Assembly: GCA_963749495.1 (NCBI GenBank)
Contig: CAVVMW010000023.1
Span: 160,001-224,000 of the forward strand
Length of the DNA: 64,000 nt
Source of the DNA: an uncultured bacterium
GTDB lineage: Bacteria > Verrucomicrobiota > Verrucomicrobiia > Limisphaerales > UBA8199
Direction of reading: 5' to 3'
The notes under the pieces were generated by a model. The model made no database searches and was not told the DNA's origin. It worked only from the letters and a program-made list of their open reading frames with translations. The position numbers and the translations under genes are program-made. Numbering within the stretch: position 1 is the stretch's first letter; each line of letters begins with the position of its first letter. Shown here piece by piece: positions 10,596 to 21,203 of the stretch.

Positions 10596-12131
10596 ATGAC
10601 AGCCAGCGACCTGGATTTGCTCAGGCAATACGCTCGGGAGGGCATGGAGGATGCCTTCACCGCGCTGGTGAACCGGCATTTGGACCTGGTGTATTCGGCG
10701 GCGCTGCGCCAGGTCGGTTCGGCGGCATTGGCGGAGGAGGTCGCCCAGTCAGTTTTCACCGACCTGGCCCGGAACGCCCTTCGGCTGAAACCGGACACAC
10801 TTCTGACCGCCTGGCTCTACCAGGTAGCCCGCCGCACTGCCATCGACGTGGTGCGCAAGGAGTCGAGCCGCCAAATGCGGGAACGGATTGCCCTGGAACT
10901 TGCGGACATGAAGACAAATGGCGCGGAGTGGACCCAAATCGGTCCGTTGCTGGATGAGGCCATGGAGGCGCTGCCCGAGGCGGATCGCAGCGCGATTCTC
11001 CTGCGCTATTTCGAAAACCGGAGCCTGCGCGAGGTCGGCCAAACCCTGGGGATGTCCGAGGACGCCGCACAAAAGCGCGTGAGCCGGGCTGTCGAGCGGT
11101 TGCGCGGGTTTTTCTCGAAGCAAGGCCTCACGGTCGGCGCCGGGGGCCTGGCTGCTCTCCTCTCCGCCAATGCCGTGGAGTCCTCGCCTGTGGGACTGGG
11201 CGCCACGATCTCGGCGGCAGCCGCTCTTTCCGGGGCCGGTGTCCAGAGTGCAACAGCCCTCGGCGCGGCCAAAATCATCGCTATGACTACAATTCAGAAA
11301 ACCCTGATTGCCGCGACACTCGCCGCGGCTGTGGGAACGGGGATTTACGGCGTCCGCCGGAATTCTCATCTCCGAGACCAGCTTCGAGCGCAAGAGCAGC
11401 GGGAAGCGCCACTGGCAGAGCAAAACCGGCAGTTGCGCCAGGAGCGCGATGACGCCACACAACAGGCCGCCGCGCTGCGTGACGACAATGAACGTCTGAA
11501 GGGCAACTCCGCCGAGCTCCTCAAACTCCGCGGGGAAACGGGCGTATTGAGGCGTCAATTAGCTGAGACCGTCAAGAAGCAAGCCCCACCCCCTGTGCCA
11601 ACCACCCCGGCTGATGAGCCAAACGCGCCCATCACAGATGCGTCAGGCAACGTTGACCTGCTCAAAAAGGCTGTGGAAAAATGGCCGCATTTGAAAATTC
11701 CGGAACTTCGGTTTGTCACCGAGAAGGATTGGCGACTCGCTTCCACCTCCAGTTCGCTGAAAACCGACGATGGCTGTCGCTGGGCATTGTCAGAGTTGAG
11801 ACGTTTTGTGGAAGACCGCTTCGCCGGCATGGCCATGGAGGCGTTGACAAGATACATGCAGGCCAATAACGGGCAATTCCCCACCGATCTCTCCCAACTA
11901 CAGCCCTACTTCAAATCGCCTATCGACAATGCGATCCTCCAACGCTACGAGATCGTGCCTGCGAAACCGTTTTCCGATCCGCCTCTGGAAATGGTGGTTG
12001 GAGATTGGATCATAGTATCGAAGGCCCCGGTAGATTCAATGGATAGCCGGGTCGGAATCACCCTAGGTGGTTATGGACACGCTTTCAGCTTTCACTCGCC
12101 AGCGGCGAACCCGGCGGAGACAAACCAGTGA
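10596..12131 (+). CDS. ECF sigma-70 factor with Ala-rich linker, TM helix, coiled coil and extracytoplasmic extension
   Basis: AFTALVNRHLDLVYSAA, AEEVAQSVF, WLY, LLRYFENRSLREVG, AAQKRVSRA; about 330 extra residues. Confidence 0.9.
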   Translation: MTASDLDLLRQYAREGMEDAFTALVNRHLDLVYSAALRQVGSAALAEEVAQSVFTDLARNALRLKPDTLLTAWLYQVARRTAIDVVRKESSRQMRERIALELADMKTNGAEWTQIGPLLDEAMEALPEADRSAILLRYFENRSLREVGQTLGMSEDAAQKRVSRAVERLRGFFSKQGLTVGAGGLAALLSANAVESSPVGLGATISAAAALSGAGVQSATALGAAKIIAMTTIQKTLIAATLAAAVGTGIYGVRRNSHLRDQLRAQEQREAPLAEQNRQLRQERDDATQQAAALRDDNERLKGNSAELLKLRGETGVLRRQLAETVKKQAPPPVPTTPADEPNAPITDASGNVDLLKKAVEKWPHLKIPELRFVTEKDWRLASTSSSLKTDDGCRWALSELRRFVEDRFAGMAMEALTRYMQANNGQFPTDLSQLQPYFKSPIDNAILQRYEIVPAKPFSDPPLEMVVGDWIIVSKAPVDSMDSRVGITLGGYGHAFSFHSPAANPAETNQ

Positions 12132-12144
12132 AGAAACCTTGTTC

Positions 12145-13719
12145 ATGAGCCGAACTCGAGAATAGGGCTGCTGGCCTTGGCCGCTTTGGTTCTTCTGGGC
12201 GCGCTGGCGGGCCTCTGCTCGTGCAGGAACAGCGCGCTGGCGAACCTCGAACGGACCCGCCGCGCCCTGCGTCAGGAAGGGTTCAAGCTCGAACTGGCCG
12301 AGTTTCAATTCCGAGTTTCCCCGGAAGAGAGCGCCCGCGCCGCCGCCCTGGACGAGGCCGTCGGACGCTGCTTCACCAGCCTCGCGAGATCGGGGTGCCT
12401 GCGCACGGCCGAGGATATTGATTGGCTTCCATCCGTGGGAACCAATGCCGCCCTGATCCTGTGGAACCAGCCCGATGTGAGGACCTGGGGGACCAACGAA
12501 TTATGGGCCGGCTTGCGCCCGTTGAATCACGCCATGCTGGATCGGGTTTGCCAGGTGGCGCTTTCCGGCCCCTACCGCCGTCCCCCTCCAAGAGTGAGAG
12601 ACGGCGGACTGGAATACTCGCCTGACAGGGCTTGCTGGTTCGTCCGCCCTCTGGCAGCGCGAGCCCTGGCAAACCTGCACGACCAGAACCCTGGCATGGC
12701 CTGGACGAACGTGATGGCGCTCACGCGGCTGGTGGTCCAGTGGCGGCCACAGCCGTTTGCGCTGATCTACCTCTGGTTCTATGCGCAGCGGGAGCAAAAC
12801 TCGCGCGTGGCCTACAGGGCGATCTGGCAGGCGCTGCAGGCGGGCGTGTGGAGCGACCCGCAGCTCGGGGCATTGCAGCGGGAATGGGAATCGGCCGATG
12901 TGCGGAGCGGCCTGTCGGAGATAGCCGCATGTGCGCGCGCGTATGTGGATCTGGTGTTTCGTCACGGGCTCGATGCTTGGCCCGATTTCCAGCCAGTCAG
13001 GGCGCGTTTGGGAGCGACTCACGGAGGAGTTGGCTGATATTCCCTACCGACTGCATGGGAAGTATGAAGACGAAGAAGTGCTCCTGCGGTTGCTGCGCGA
13101 CTGCGAGAAGGATTACCGACGGGCCGAGGCCTGCTCAACCTGGAAGCAGATAACAGAGCTGCCTGGAATCTGGTCCTGGACACCAAGTGCCAGCAACCTT
13201 GTGGCAACGGCAACGTGGTTGGTGGACCCGTCCGGGGAACGTGATCAAACGTTGAAAGGGCTGCAGCCGGTGTGTGGCTTCGCCTTCGTTCCGGCCATCT
13301 CGGGGCCGCCGCGGGCGCCGTGGCCGCTCGGGCGCGTAGCCAATTGGGAGACGCGGCGCCGGCTGCTGGTGGCGGCCATCGCCCTCGAGCGTTACCGGCT
13401 GCGCCGGGGTGCCTATCCCGAATCGCTGGACTCGCTGGTGCCGGAATTGCTCTCCAGCCCGCCGCTCGATTTCATGGACGGCAAACCGCTGCGCTACCGG
13501 CGCACTGAGGACGGCCATTTCCTCCTCTATTCCATCGGGACGGACTGCCTGGACGACGGCGGGAACGGCCGAATACCGGGCTCGCCTCGGCCCAACTCCG
13601 ACCTTGACCCACCGGATCTGGTCTGGCCGCGGCCCGCTTCACCGGCAGAAGTCGCCAAAGAGGCTGCCGCACGCCGCCTGACGCATCCCGCGAACGAGAC
13701 GACCACTTTCGTGCCGTAA
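12145..13719 (+). CDS. Membrane-anchored hypothetical protein with a GspG/pseudopilin-like C-terminus; frameshifts near 12160 and 12990
   Basis: N-terminal hydrophobic helix; C-terminal AIALERYR...YPESLDSLVP...DFMDGKPLRY...LYSIG.D..DDGG; ORFs 12177-13037 and 12931-13719 overlap. Confidence 0.65.
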
Positions 13720-13864
13720 TGACATCCCGGGCAGGGGACGAGGTTTGGTAGGTTCTCTGTCCCGGAGTGACATCTCCTGAGGTCAGTTGGATTCACCAGA
13801 CCCTTCAAGTCTTGTCCTTACCCAGATCGTTGGCCTCGCTCAGTGACCGGAGCTTATCGGCTCC

Positions 13865-14119
13865 GGTGCCTTCAGGCCGAAGGCCTGGCTCATACCAGCC
13901 CAGGGCAACGCCCTGGGTTTCCGTGCAGTTTCATTCTGTGGCAGGCCAACGGCCTGCCTCATACGGGGCATTGGTTGCGGGCACCTCGAACCGACATCCC
14001 CGGTCCGTTACAACAAACCCTCAGCACAATGAGTCGCGCTTTCAGCGCTCAGAATTATCCTTGGCCGATGAACCCAGGGCGTTGCCCTGGGCTGGTATGA
14101 ATGACGCCGTTGGCGTCCC
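13865..14119. repeat. ~250-bp REP doublet (CCCAGGGCAACGCCCTGGG family), copy 1
   Basis: CATACCAGCCCAGGGCAACGCCCTGGG inverted at both ends with internal hairpins; inverted copy at 31088-31321. Confidence 0.88.
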
Positions 14120-14280
14120 AAACTGGCCCGCCACGCCCCATTTATGGGGGAGCGGCCTGGAACTCCGGGGAGCTTGCCGTCCCGGCGAGCGGGCCGGCGT
14201 TCCGGGGTCAGTGTCGGGATGCGGCCCCGCAAACACGCTGTCCCCTTTTGCGATTGGCGGGGATGAATAGGTAGAGGAAC

Positions 14281-17022
14281 ATGAGCACTATGAGCGATTG
14301 GGAACTAATTCAGCTTTATGCGAAAAGCCGCTCGGAACCGGCTTTCGCGGAGTTGGTCCGGCGTCATGTCGGGTGGGTTTACTCCGTGGCCATGCGCCAG
14401 GTCCGTCAACCACAACTGGCAGAGGAGGTAGCACAGTCGGTTTTCGTCCTGTTGGCGCGCAAGGCCGGCAGCCTCCGGTCGGGGACTATTCTGGGCGGCT
14501 GGCTTTTCCGCACAACCTGTTTCGTGGGCAGCCGCGCCCTCCGCGCCGAACAACGCCAAAAGAACCGTGAGCAAACCGCTTCGTCTATGATCGCCATCAC
14601 AACTCTCCCCGAGGACAATGAGGCCGCTTGGGAGCGGCTCGCGCCCCACCTGGACCAGGTGGTCGCAGCGCTTTCCGAGCCCGAACGGGCCGCTATTCTC
14701 CTGCGGTTTTACGAGAAGAAGCCCTTGCTGGAGGTCGGACGCCGTTTGGGCATCAGCGAAGAAGCTGCCAAGAAACGCGTCAGCCGGGCGGTTGACAAGA
14801 TGAGGACGTTGCTGGTTGGGCGTGGCGTGGCCGTGGGGAGCACGGTGCTGGCTGCCATTTTGGCACAGAGAACAGTGCAGGCTGCGCCCGTGGCCCTGGG
14901 CGCCGGCGTGCTCGAGGCCGCAGCCGCCGGCGTATCGGTCTCGGCAGTGCTGCCGCAATTGGCGCGCGAGACTCTCAGCGCCTGGCGCTGGGCAACAGTC
15001 AAACTCGCTGCCGGGCTGGCGACAACCGCGATAGCTTTGATTCTCGTGGCCGCAAGTGCCGGTGGTTTGTTCGTGCGCCACACGGCGTCGCAACCCGTCT
15101 CCGTGAAGGATTCCCCTGGGGCGGGGGTCACGACGGGGACGGACCAAGTTGTGGCTGCGTTTGCCGCCCCGACCGTCAAGGACGCAAGACAGGCATTGAA
15201 GAAGACCGGCGCGCTCACCGGTTTGGTCGTGGACAACCAGGGCCATCCGATCTCGGGCGCACAGGTGTGGGGCGGCTTTAGCCAGGCGCCTTTTGCCCAG
15301 GATAGCACCGACACCTCAGGGCGATTCGCCCTGGACAAGATTGCAACGCCACCGTTCGTGACGGTCACGGCGGACGGATTTGCCGCCGATCAACAGGAGT
15401 TTGATCCCACCAACGTGGCCGGAATGTTCGTATTTCGTCTCGTCCCCACGCGCCCGCTCATTATCCGCCTGGTGGACGAGTCCGGCCAGGGGGTGCCGGG
15501 GGTGCCCCTGTTTCTGGAAAACTGGTGGGGAAGAAGGCATACTCTCGGCCAGGATCTGCCACAGCAGACGGATGCGGATGGGCGATTGCGGTGGCTTTGC
15601 CCTCCCAAAGGTGAGTTGGAGGTGGGATTCGGCAAGACCGGCTACTGCTATTCTCGCACGAACAAGTTGGCGGCCGATGGCGAGGAGCACACGATTGTGC
15701 TGCACCCGGCCGCAACCGTAACCGGCAGCGTCAGTGATGCCGAGACAGGCGCCCCTGTGGTCAACTTTAAGTTTACGTCTGGGCACTCGCAACCGTGGAA
15801 CCCTGCCGACCCAACCCCGATGTGGGATTTGCGCAGCCAAACCAGCAGCGACGGGTCCTATACACTGGTGATCGAGGAGGAACAGGTTCCCTACCTGCGA
15901 GTCGAGGCCGACGGCTACGAAACAGTCGAAACTGAAATCAAGTTGACCAATGGGGTCGAAGGCGTTTGTGATTTTCAGTTGAAACGCCAGAGTGCGGCCA
16001 ATTCCATCCGCGGCACGGTGTTGCTGCCCGATGGCAGTCCGGCGGCTGGGGTGGAACTGGCCCTCTGCACAGCCCAGGCGGGTGTGGTGCTCAGCGGGAC
16101 AGCATTTGCGCCGGGCGCTTTTGGAAACATCCCCCGGTCCCAGCGCGAGGATTACCGCAAAAGCACTGACGAAAAAGGCTCCTTCTCGTTTGATCCGAAA
16201 CCGGGAGCGCACACGGTGGTGGCTGTCGGATCGGCTGGACTGGGTCAGGCGCGTTGTTTCGAGACATCAAAGCCGCTGGAGATTCGGCTTCAACCCTGGG
16301 GACGCATCGAAGGAACCGTGCGCACGCGAGACGGTCAGTGGGCCGGTCGCAACGTGACATGGAGCCATTCTGGAAACCTGACCAGTTGGATGACGCTCTT
16401 TTTCGACGCCAGAGGATTCTCAGCCCTCTCAGACGCCACCGGGAGGTTCACGCTCGAGCATGTTCCCCCGGGAGATTGCCGCGTAGCGGTTGGCGTCGAA
16501 TCCGGCACAACGTCCATTCTGTCGCCCTCGATCCACGTGAATCCCGGTGAAACTGTGGAGGCCCAGATCGGCGGCGTTGGCACCCCGGTCACCGGAAAGC
16601 TCGTAGCTCCCCAAGGCGTCGAGATCCGAAGCTGGCCAAACCAGGTCACATTCGCCCAACTGCACGTCGAATGGGACGACTATCATGTGCCCAAGGGCTT
16701 GACCGGCAACACAGTCGAGCGATGGAAATTGGAGTTTGAGGACACGGAGGCGGGCCGGGCCTGGTTCCGGGATCAATACTCTTATGAGTTCAAGGTGGGA
16801 GCAGATGGCTCGTTCACCATCCCCGAAGCCCTGCCGGGAAGATACCGGTTATACATAAATGTGGGGCAAGGATACCTTGGGTCCGGGCCCGACTCGAGGC
16901 CCAGCCCGCCTGGAAACCCTCGAATCGCGTCAACGGCGATGAAAGTAACTGTGCCGGAGGCGGCGGGAGAAAACGCGTCGTCCCTGGACCTTGGAGATGT
17001 TGTCCTTATGGCCGATCATTAG
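14281..17022 (+). CDS. ECF sigma-70 factor fused to a TM helix and tandem carboxypeptidase-regulatory-like beta-sandwich domains
   Basis: Sigma regions 2 and 4 in the first ~180 aa; repeats G.VVD..G.PI.GA.V...TD..GRF. Confidence 0.9.
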   Translation: MSTMSDWELIQLYAKSRSEPAFAELVRRHVGWVYSVAMRQVRQPQLAEEVAQSVFVLLARKAGSLRSGTILGGWLFRTTCFVGSRALRAEQRQKNREQTASSMIAITTLPEDNEAAWERLAPHLDQVVAALSEPERAAILLRFYEKKPLLEVGRRLGISEEAAKKRVSRAVDKMRTLLVGRGVAVGSTVLAAILAQRTVQAAPVALGAGVLEAAAAGVSVSAVLPQLARETLSAWRWATVKLAAGLATTAIALILVAASAGGLFVRHTASQPVSVKDSPGAGVTTGTDQVVAAFAAPTVKDARQALKKTGALTGLVVDNQGHPISGAQVWGGFSQAPFAQDSTDTSGRFALDKIATPPFVTVTADGFAADQQEFDPTNVAGMFVFRLVPTRPLIIRLVDESGQGVPGVPLFLENWWGRRHTLGQDLPQQTDADGRLRWLCPPKGELEVGFGKTGYCYSRTNKLAADGEEHTIVLHPAATVTGSVSDAETGAPVVNFKFTSGHSQPWNPADPTPMWDLRSQTSSDGSYTLVIEEEQVPYLRVEADGYETVETEIKLTNGVEGVCDFQLKRQSAANSIRGTVLLPDGSPAAGVELALCTAQAGVVLSGTAFAPGAFGNIPRSQREDYRKSTDEKGSFSFDPKPGAHTVVAVGSAGLGQARCFETSKPLEIRLQPWGRIEGTVRTRDGQWAGRNVTWSHSGNLTSWMTLFFDARGFSALSDATGRFTLEHVPPGDCRVAVGVESGTTSILSPSIHVNPGETVEAQIGGVGTPVTGKLVAPQGVEIRSWPNQVTFAQLHVEWDDYHVPKGLTGNTVERWKLEFEDTEAGRAWFRDQYSYEFKVGADGSFTIPEALPGRYRLYINVGQGYLGSGPDSRPSPPGNPRIASTAMKVTVPEAAGENASSLDLGDVVLMADH

Positions 17023-17056
17023 GCCTCGGTTCAATGGGGACGGGGTCAGAAAGCAA

Positions 17057-17090
17057 AAGGCGCAACACCCCTGAAGAAGCATTGCGCCTT
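17057..17090. terminator. Hairpin between convergent genes
   Basis: AAGGCGCAA ... TTGCGCCTT stem. Confidence 0.35.
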
Positions 17091-17104
17091 GCCGACAACG
17101 ACGA

Positions 17105-17536
17105 TTACAGCTTGGTCTTGCCGGCCGCCTTTCTTGCCGCCCACCTGGCTTTCATGATCTCCGAAAACCTCTTCCTTGCTGCCGGTGAATACTTGCTCTT
17201 TGGTTTTTCTTCAGACACTGGAGCGTCCATGGCCTTTCTCCCCACCCGCTTCGCTACGCCGGCCCGAATGTTTGCAAGACCCTCAGGACTGAGTTTCCTC
17301 CGCTTCCGTTTTGCCGGTTTTGCTGCCGGGGCAAATTCAGGAGCACTCTCCGCCTTGGCCATCCTCTTTCTCCTTTTCCGCCTCCCGTTCTTCGGCCTCA
17401 CAGGGGCCTCAATGGGGGCAGGAGCAGGGACCTCATTGCCCAGGAGTTCGTTCAGTTGTTCTTGCAGCGCGTCCAGTTTCTCTTTGAGGTCGGCCGCTTT
17501 CCGTAGTTGTTGTGGTGACACGTTAGTTATGTCCAT
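17105..17536 (-). CDS. Small basic putative nucleoid-associated (H-NS/histone-like) protein
   Basis: N-terminal coiled coil (QQLRKAADLKEKLDALQEQLNELLG), Lys/Arg tracts, two SP(E/A)(G/A)...KR/ARW helical repeats. Confidence 0.7.
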   Translation of the reverse strand: MDITNVSPQQLRKAADLKEKLDALQEQLNELLGNEVPAPAPIEAPVRPKNGRRKRRKRMAKAESAPEFAPAAKPAKRKRRKLSPEGLANIRAGVAKRVGRKAMDAPVSEEKPKSKYSPAARKRFSEIMKARWAARKAAGKTKL

Positions 17537-17658
17537 ATCGGCGCAATGTGGCTGGAACCGTGGGAAAGTCAAGCTTCTCGTGCAAATCTGGGAGATTAAC
17601 CTCTTATCCGCACTCTGACGATGGTGGCCGGGCCGACAACTTACCAGTCGCCCTCGCT

Positions 17659-17973
17659 CTATTTGGCAGCACCCGCTTTTTCGGCTTTTTCGTGCTCCAC
17701 GTTTACGATTGCGCCCGTGAGCGCATCCACATTGACCTCGGTGATGTCTTTCGAATCCGGGGTGGTGAAGGCAAAAGACCAGATCAGTTTGCCGTGTTCC
17801 CTTTCCAGTTCGCAATCCTTCACGGTTCCGTTCGGGACCTTGGTCAGGGCCGTGGCCTGGGCGTCGGCCTTGCTGATTTTAGCCTTTGCCTGAAGTTGGG
17901 ATTCGGATTCCGTCTGACAGCCCACGAGCAAGCCCGCGGCCAGGATCGCACAAAGGGCCAATTGTATTTTCAT
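17659..17973 (-). CDS. PepSY-domain lipoprotein
   Basis: LLVG-C lipobox; IS...A...AL..VP.G.V...ELE.E.GKLIW...EVNVDALTGAIV. Confidence 0.88.
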   Translation of the reverse strand: MKIQLALCAILAAGLLVGCQTESESQLQAKAKISKADAQATALTKVPNGTVKDCELEREHGKLIWSFAFTTPDSKDITEVNVDALTGAIVNVEHEKAEKAGAAK

Positions 17974-18120
17974 GGTTTTGCTTTTCGTTTAATTTGTTCT
18001 GCGGACAAACTCTACGAGCCGGGCATGAACATCACAATACATAAAATATGACATGGGCATTGAGGTTCTCCTCGACGGCGACAGCCGTTTTTGAGATCCT
18101 TCCTCAGGCATCCAAAAGAA

Positions 18121-19257
18121 ATGTCCAATCTCACATCGCGCTATGCCTGTCGAATCGCCGCCGCTGGAGCCCGGATCGAGGAGGCCTACCGCCACCGGGA
18201 AAAGGCGCCGGTGCCGTTCCTGGTTGCCGATGCCAATTACTGGCTCTCGGGTGAGACACCGTCGCTCATCCCGGATGATTACTTCACCAACTGCGAGTCC
18301 ATGCTGCAGTTTCAACTGCGGAAAATGGAGCGGCACATGGAGAGCCTCGATGATGATTTCATTCCGTTCCTGTTTCCTTGGTACGGAACCGGGGTATTGG
18401 CGTCGGCACTCGGCTGCCCGACTCTGTTTCAAGCCAAGATGGACCCGGCCATCCAGGGGACGGCCATCCATACACCCGAGCAAGTCCGCCGCCTGTCGCT
18501 GCCCGACCCGCAGAAGGACGGGTTGATGCCGCGCGTCCTGGAAACCATCCGGCATTTCCGCGCGCATTCCGATTTGCCGGTGTCCTTCACGGATCCCCAA
18601 GGCCCGCTCACGACGGCCTTGACGGTGGTTGGCCCGGAGACGCTCTTTGTGTGGTTCTATGAACGCCCTCGCGAGGCGCGTGAGCTTCTGGAGTTCTGCA
18701 CCGAAGCGTTCATCCGCTGGGTCAAGGCGCAGAAACAGGAAATCGGGCCGACGGCCGCCAGAGGCTGCTTTCCGCACGGGATTCTCCTGCCGAAGACCTT
18801 CGGCACAGTCTGGCTCAGCGACGACGATTGCGTGGCGATCTCGGCGGAGCACTACCGGAAGTTCGTGATGCCCTGCAACGCGCGGGTCTTCAGAGAATTC
18901 GGCGGCGGCACCCTGCACTTCTGCGGCAGCGCCGAGCACCAGATCGAGAACTTCTCCAAGACCGAAGGCCTGGCCGGTGTGAACAATTTCTGCATGGGAA
19001 ATTTCCGCCAACTCTACAAGATGCAGGATGTGTTCGCGGACCGCGTCCTGCTCATGGCGTGCGATTACACGCCCCGCGACATCGAGGCCTACTATGCGGA
19101 TTTGTTCCGGGGCTTGAAGCGGAAGGGAACCGTCGTGGCGTCATTTATTTCCCCGGAGATGGCTCTGAATGAAGGCAAGTACGAGGTCATCTCCAGGACC
19201 GGCCCCGAGCTCGCCGGCGAGGTTTACCGCGTGCTGCGGCGGCACGTTGAGAGATAA
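18121..19257 (+). CDS. Uroporphyrinogen decarboxylase (URO-D)/MtaA-CmuA family protein
   Basis: DPQGPLT, SDDDC, Y.KFVMP, LHFCG metal-ligand motif. Confidence 0.8.
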   Translation: MSNLTSRYACRIAAAGARIEEAYRHREKAPVPFLVADANYWLSGETPSLIPDDYFTNCESMLQFQLRKMERHMESLDDDFIPFLFPWYGTGVLASALGCPTLFQAKMDPAIQGTAIHTPEQVRRLSLPDPQKDGLMPRVLETIRHFRAHSDLPVSFTDPQGPLTTALTVVGPETLFVWFYERPREARELLEFCTEAFIRWVKAQKQEIGPTAARGCFPHGILLPKTFGTVWLSDDDCVAISAEHYRKFVMPCNARVFREFGGGTLHFCGSAEHQIENFSKTEGLAGVNNFCMGNFRQLYKMQDVFADRVLLMACDYTPRDIEAYYADLFRGLKRKGTVVASFISPEMALNEGKYEVISRTGPELAGEVYRVLRRHVER

Positions 19258-19336
19258 TGAGCAGGGTCAACCCTGCATGGTCCCCCCCGAACCTGCTCTG
19301 GACTTTCCGGCCCCCCTCGCCCTATGCTCACCGGCA

Positions 19337-19549
19337 ATGAAACCGAACCTTGTCGTCGGATGTGTCCTTCTCGAACTCAGTGACCTGGCTCCCGAGGAGG
19401 CCGCGCGTGTCACCGTCAACGGCCAGGATGCCGGCGGCTTCATCAGCCGGCCTCTCTGCCTGGACGTGACCCGGTGGATCAAGGCCGGGGAGAACTCCGT
19501 CCGCATCGAACCCTTCTCGCCCAGGCAAGCCAGGCTCTGCGTCTATTGA
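19337..19549 (+). pseudogene. Isolated C-terminal beta-sandwich fragment of a glycoside hydrolase
   Basis: ARVTVNG..AGG.I..P..LDVT..IK.GEN.VRIE resembles the galactose-binding-like domains of GH2/GH106; no catalytic domain upstream. Confidence 0.5.
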
Positions 19550-19559
19550 GGGCTGCACT

Positions 19560-20273
19560 ATGAACCGTTTTCTCTTTATCACACTGCTTGCTTTGGCCGG
19601 CTTGTCCATGACCGGATTTTCCCAGACCTACTCGACCCGGTTCGAGGGCATCGAGAGCCCGCTCTCCGAAGGCGGGCGGTGGGCCAATAACGGGGTTGAC
19701 TGGACCCAAATCAGGAAGATGGACGGCATCGCCTGCGGCACTCAAACCGGGACCAACACCGGCATATACCAATACAATGATTCCTACGCCCACCTCTCCG
19801 GGTTTCCACCGGACCAGGAGGCCTGGGGAGAGGCTCGCATCGCCAAGCGCAATGCGCCCTGCACCCAGGAAGTCGAGATCCTCCTCCGATTCACCAGCTC
19901 ACCCCATCGCACGACGGGCTATGAGTGCTTTGCCAGGTGCGTTAACAGCGCGTCGTCCTACGTGCAAATTGTGAGGTGGGACGGGCCGCTTGGAAAGTTC
20001 ACGTACCTGGCTGACAAGCGCGGCACCAACTGTGGCCTGAACAACGGCGACATCCTCAAGGCCTCCATCGTCGGCAACGTCATTACGGTGTGCATCAACG
20101 GAGTCGAGAAGGCCCGGTGCACCGATGACACCTTCAAAACCGGCAATCCTGGGATTGGGGAGTTTCTGGCTTGCCAAAGCGGCAAGGGCGTTGGCTCCAA
20201 CTCCGATTTTGGGTTCGCCAGTTTTACGGCCAGGGGCCTCGGCGGGACCAACATACAAACGAGAAAACCATGA
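19560..20273 (+). CDS. Secreted hypothetical beta-rich protein
   Basis: Signal peptide; concanavalin-like pattern (IVGNVITVCING...DDTF.TGNPGIG); overlaps the next start. Confidence 0.75.
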   Translation: MNRFLFITLLALAGLSMTGFSQTYSTRFEGIESPLSEGGRWANNGVDWTQIRKMDGIACGTQTGTNTGIYQYNDSYAHLSGFPPDQEAWGEARIAKRNAPCTQEVEILLRFTSSPHRTTGYECFARCVNSASSYVQIVRWDGPLGKFTYLADKRGTNCGLNNGDILKASIVGNVITVCINGVEKARCTDDTFKTGNPGIGEFLACQSGKGVGSNSDFGFASFTARGLGGTNIQTRKP

Positions 20274-21202
20274 TGACTCCAACTATTTCACGCCGGCATT
20301 TTCTGGCCAGAGCCGGGGCCTCGGCCATTTCGTTGGCCGTGTTGAATCCAAAGCTCGCTGGGGTGGCGGAGGCCAAAGGCGGCACTGCGGCCGGGAAGAA
20401 AGTGGTGGTGGGCGGGCATCCGTGGGTTTACGCAGCCACCCAACCCAATTACGACATCACTCCTGTCCTCCCTGCCATCTTCGAAGATATGAATTATGCC
20501 GGTCTGGACGGGATCGAACTGATGCACACGGCGTTGCGCCCCAAGGATGCGGTGGAGCGCATCGGCGAACTCTCCCGGAAGCACCATCTGCCCGTCATTG
20601 GCATGTCCTTTGGCGGCGCCATGTGGGACCGCGCCCAGCACCAGGCGGTCCTTGACGATGCTGAGTTGATTATTCCTCGCCTGGCAACACTGGGCGGGCG
20701 CACCCTCGGCACGTCGGTCGGCCCGGCGCCAAAACGCAAGACCGAGCAGCAACTCGACGACCAGGCCGAACTCTTGCGCAAGCTCATCGCTCTGTGCCAA
20801 AGGCATGGCGTGGTCCTCAACCTCCACAACCACACATACGAAGTCGCCGATAACCTGCACGACCTCAAAGGGACTTTGTCCCGCATACCCGAGGTCAAGC
20901 TGGGGCCCGACCTGAATTGGCTGGTGCGGGCGGGGGTGGAGCCGGCCTGGTTCATCCGCCAATTTGGCAGGCAGATTGTCTTCATGCACCTGCGCGACCA
21001 GAAGAAGGATGGCCGCTGGTCGGAAGCTCTGGGGGAAGGCGACACGGATTTCGCCGCCATTGGCCGGGCGTTGCACGAGATCGGCTTCGAAGGCGACGCC
21101 GTCATCGAGCTGGCGCACGAAAAGGATTTCCACCTGACCCGTCCCCTGCGCGAAACCTGGAAGCTCAGCCGCAATTTCGTAAAGCAAGTGCTCGGGTATT
21201 GA
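20270..21202 (+). CDS. Tat-exported sugar phosphate isomerase/epimerase (IolE/AP-endonuclease-2 fold)
   Basis: SRRHFL Tat motif; GIEL, LHNH..E, PD..W, HLRD, LGEG..DF, VIE. Confidence 0.88.
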   Translation: MMTPTISRRHFLARAGASAISLAVLNPKLAGVAEAKGGTAAGKKVVVGGHPWVYAATQPNYDITPVLPAIFEDMNYAGLDGIELMHTALRPKDAVERIGELSRKHHLPVIGMSFGGAMWDRAQHQAVLDDAELIIPRLATLGGRTLGTSVGPAPKRKTEQQLDDQAELLRKLIALCQRHGVVLNLHNHTYEVADNLHDLKGTLSRIPEVKLGPDLNWLVRAGVEPAWFIRQFGRQIVFMHLRDQKKDGRWSEALGEGDTDFAAIGRALHEIGFEGDAVIELAHEKDFHLTRPLRETWKLSRNFVKQVLGY

Positions 21203-21203
21203 A

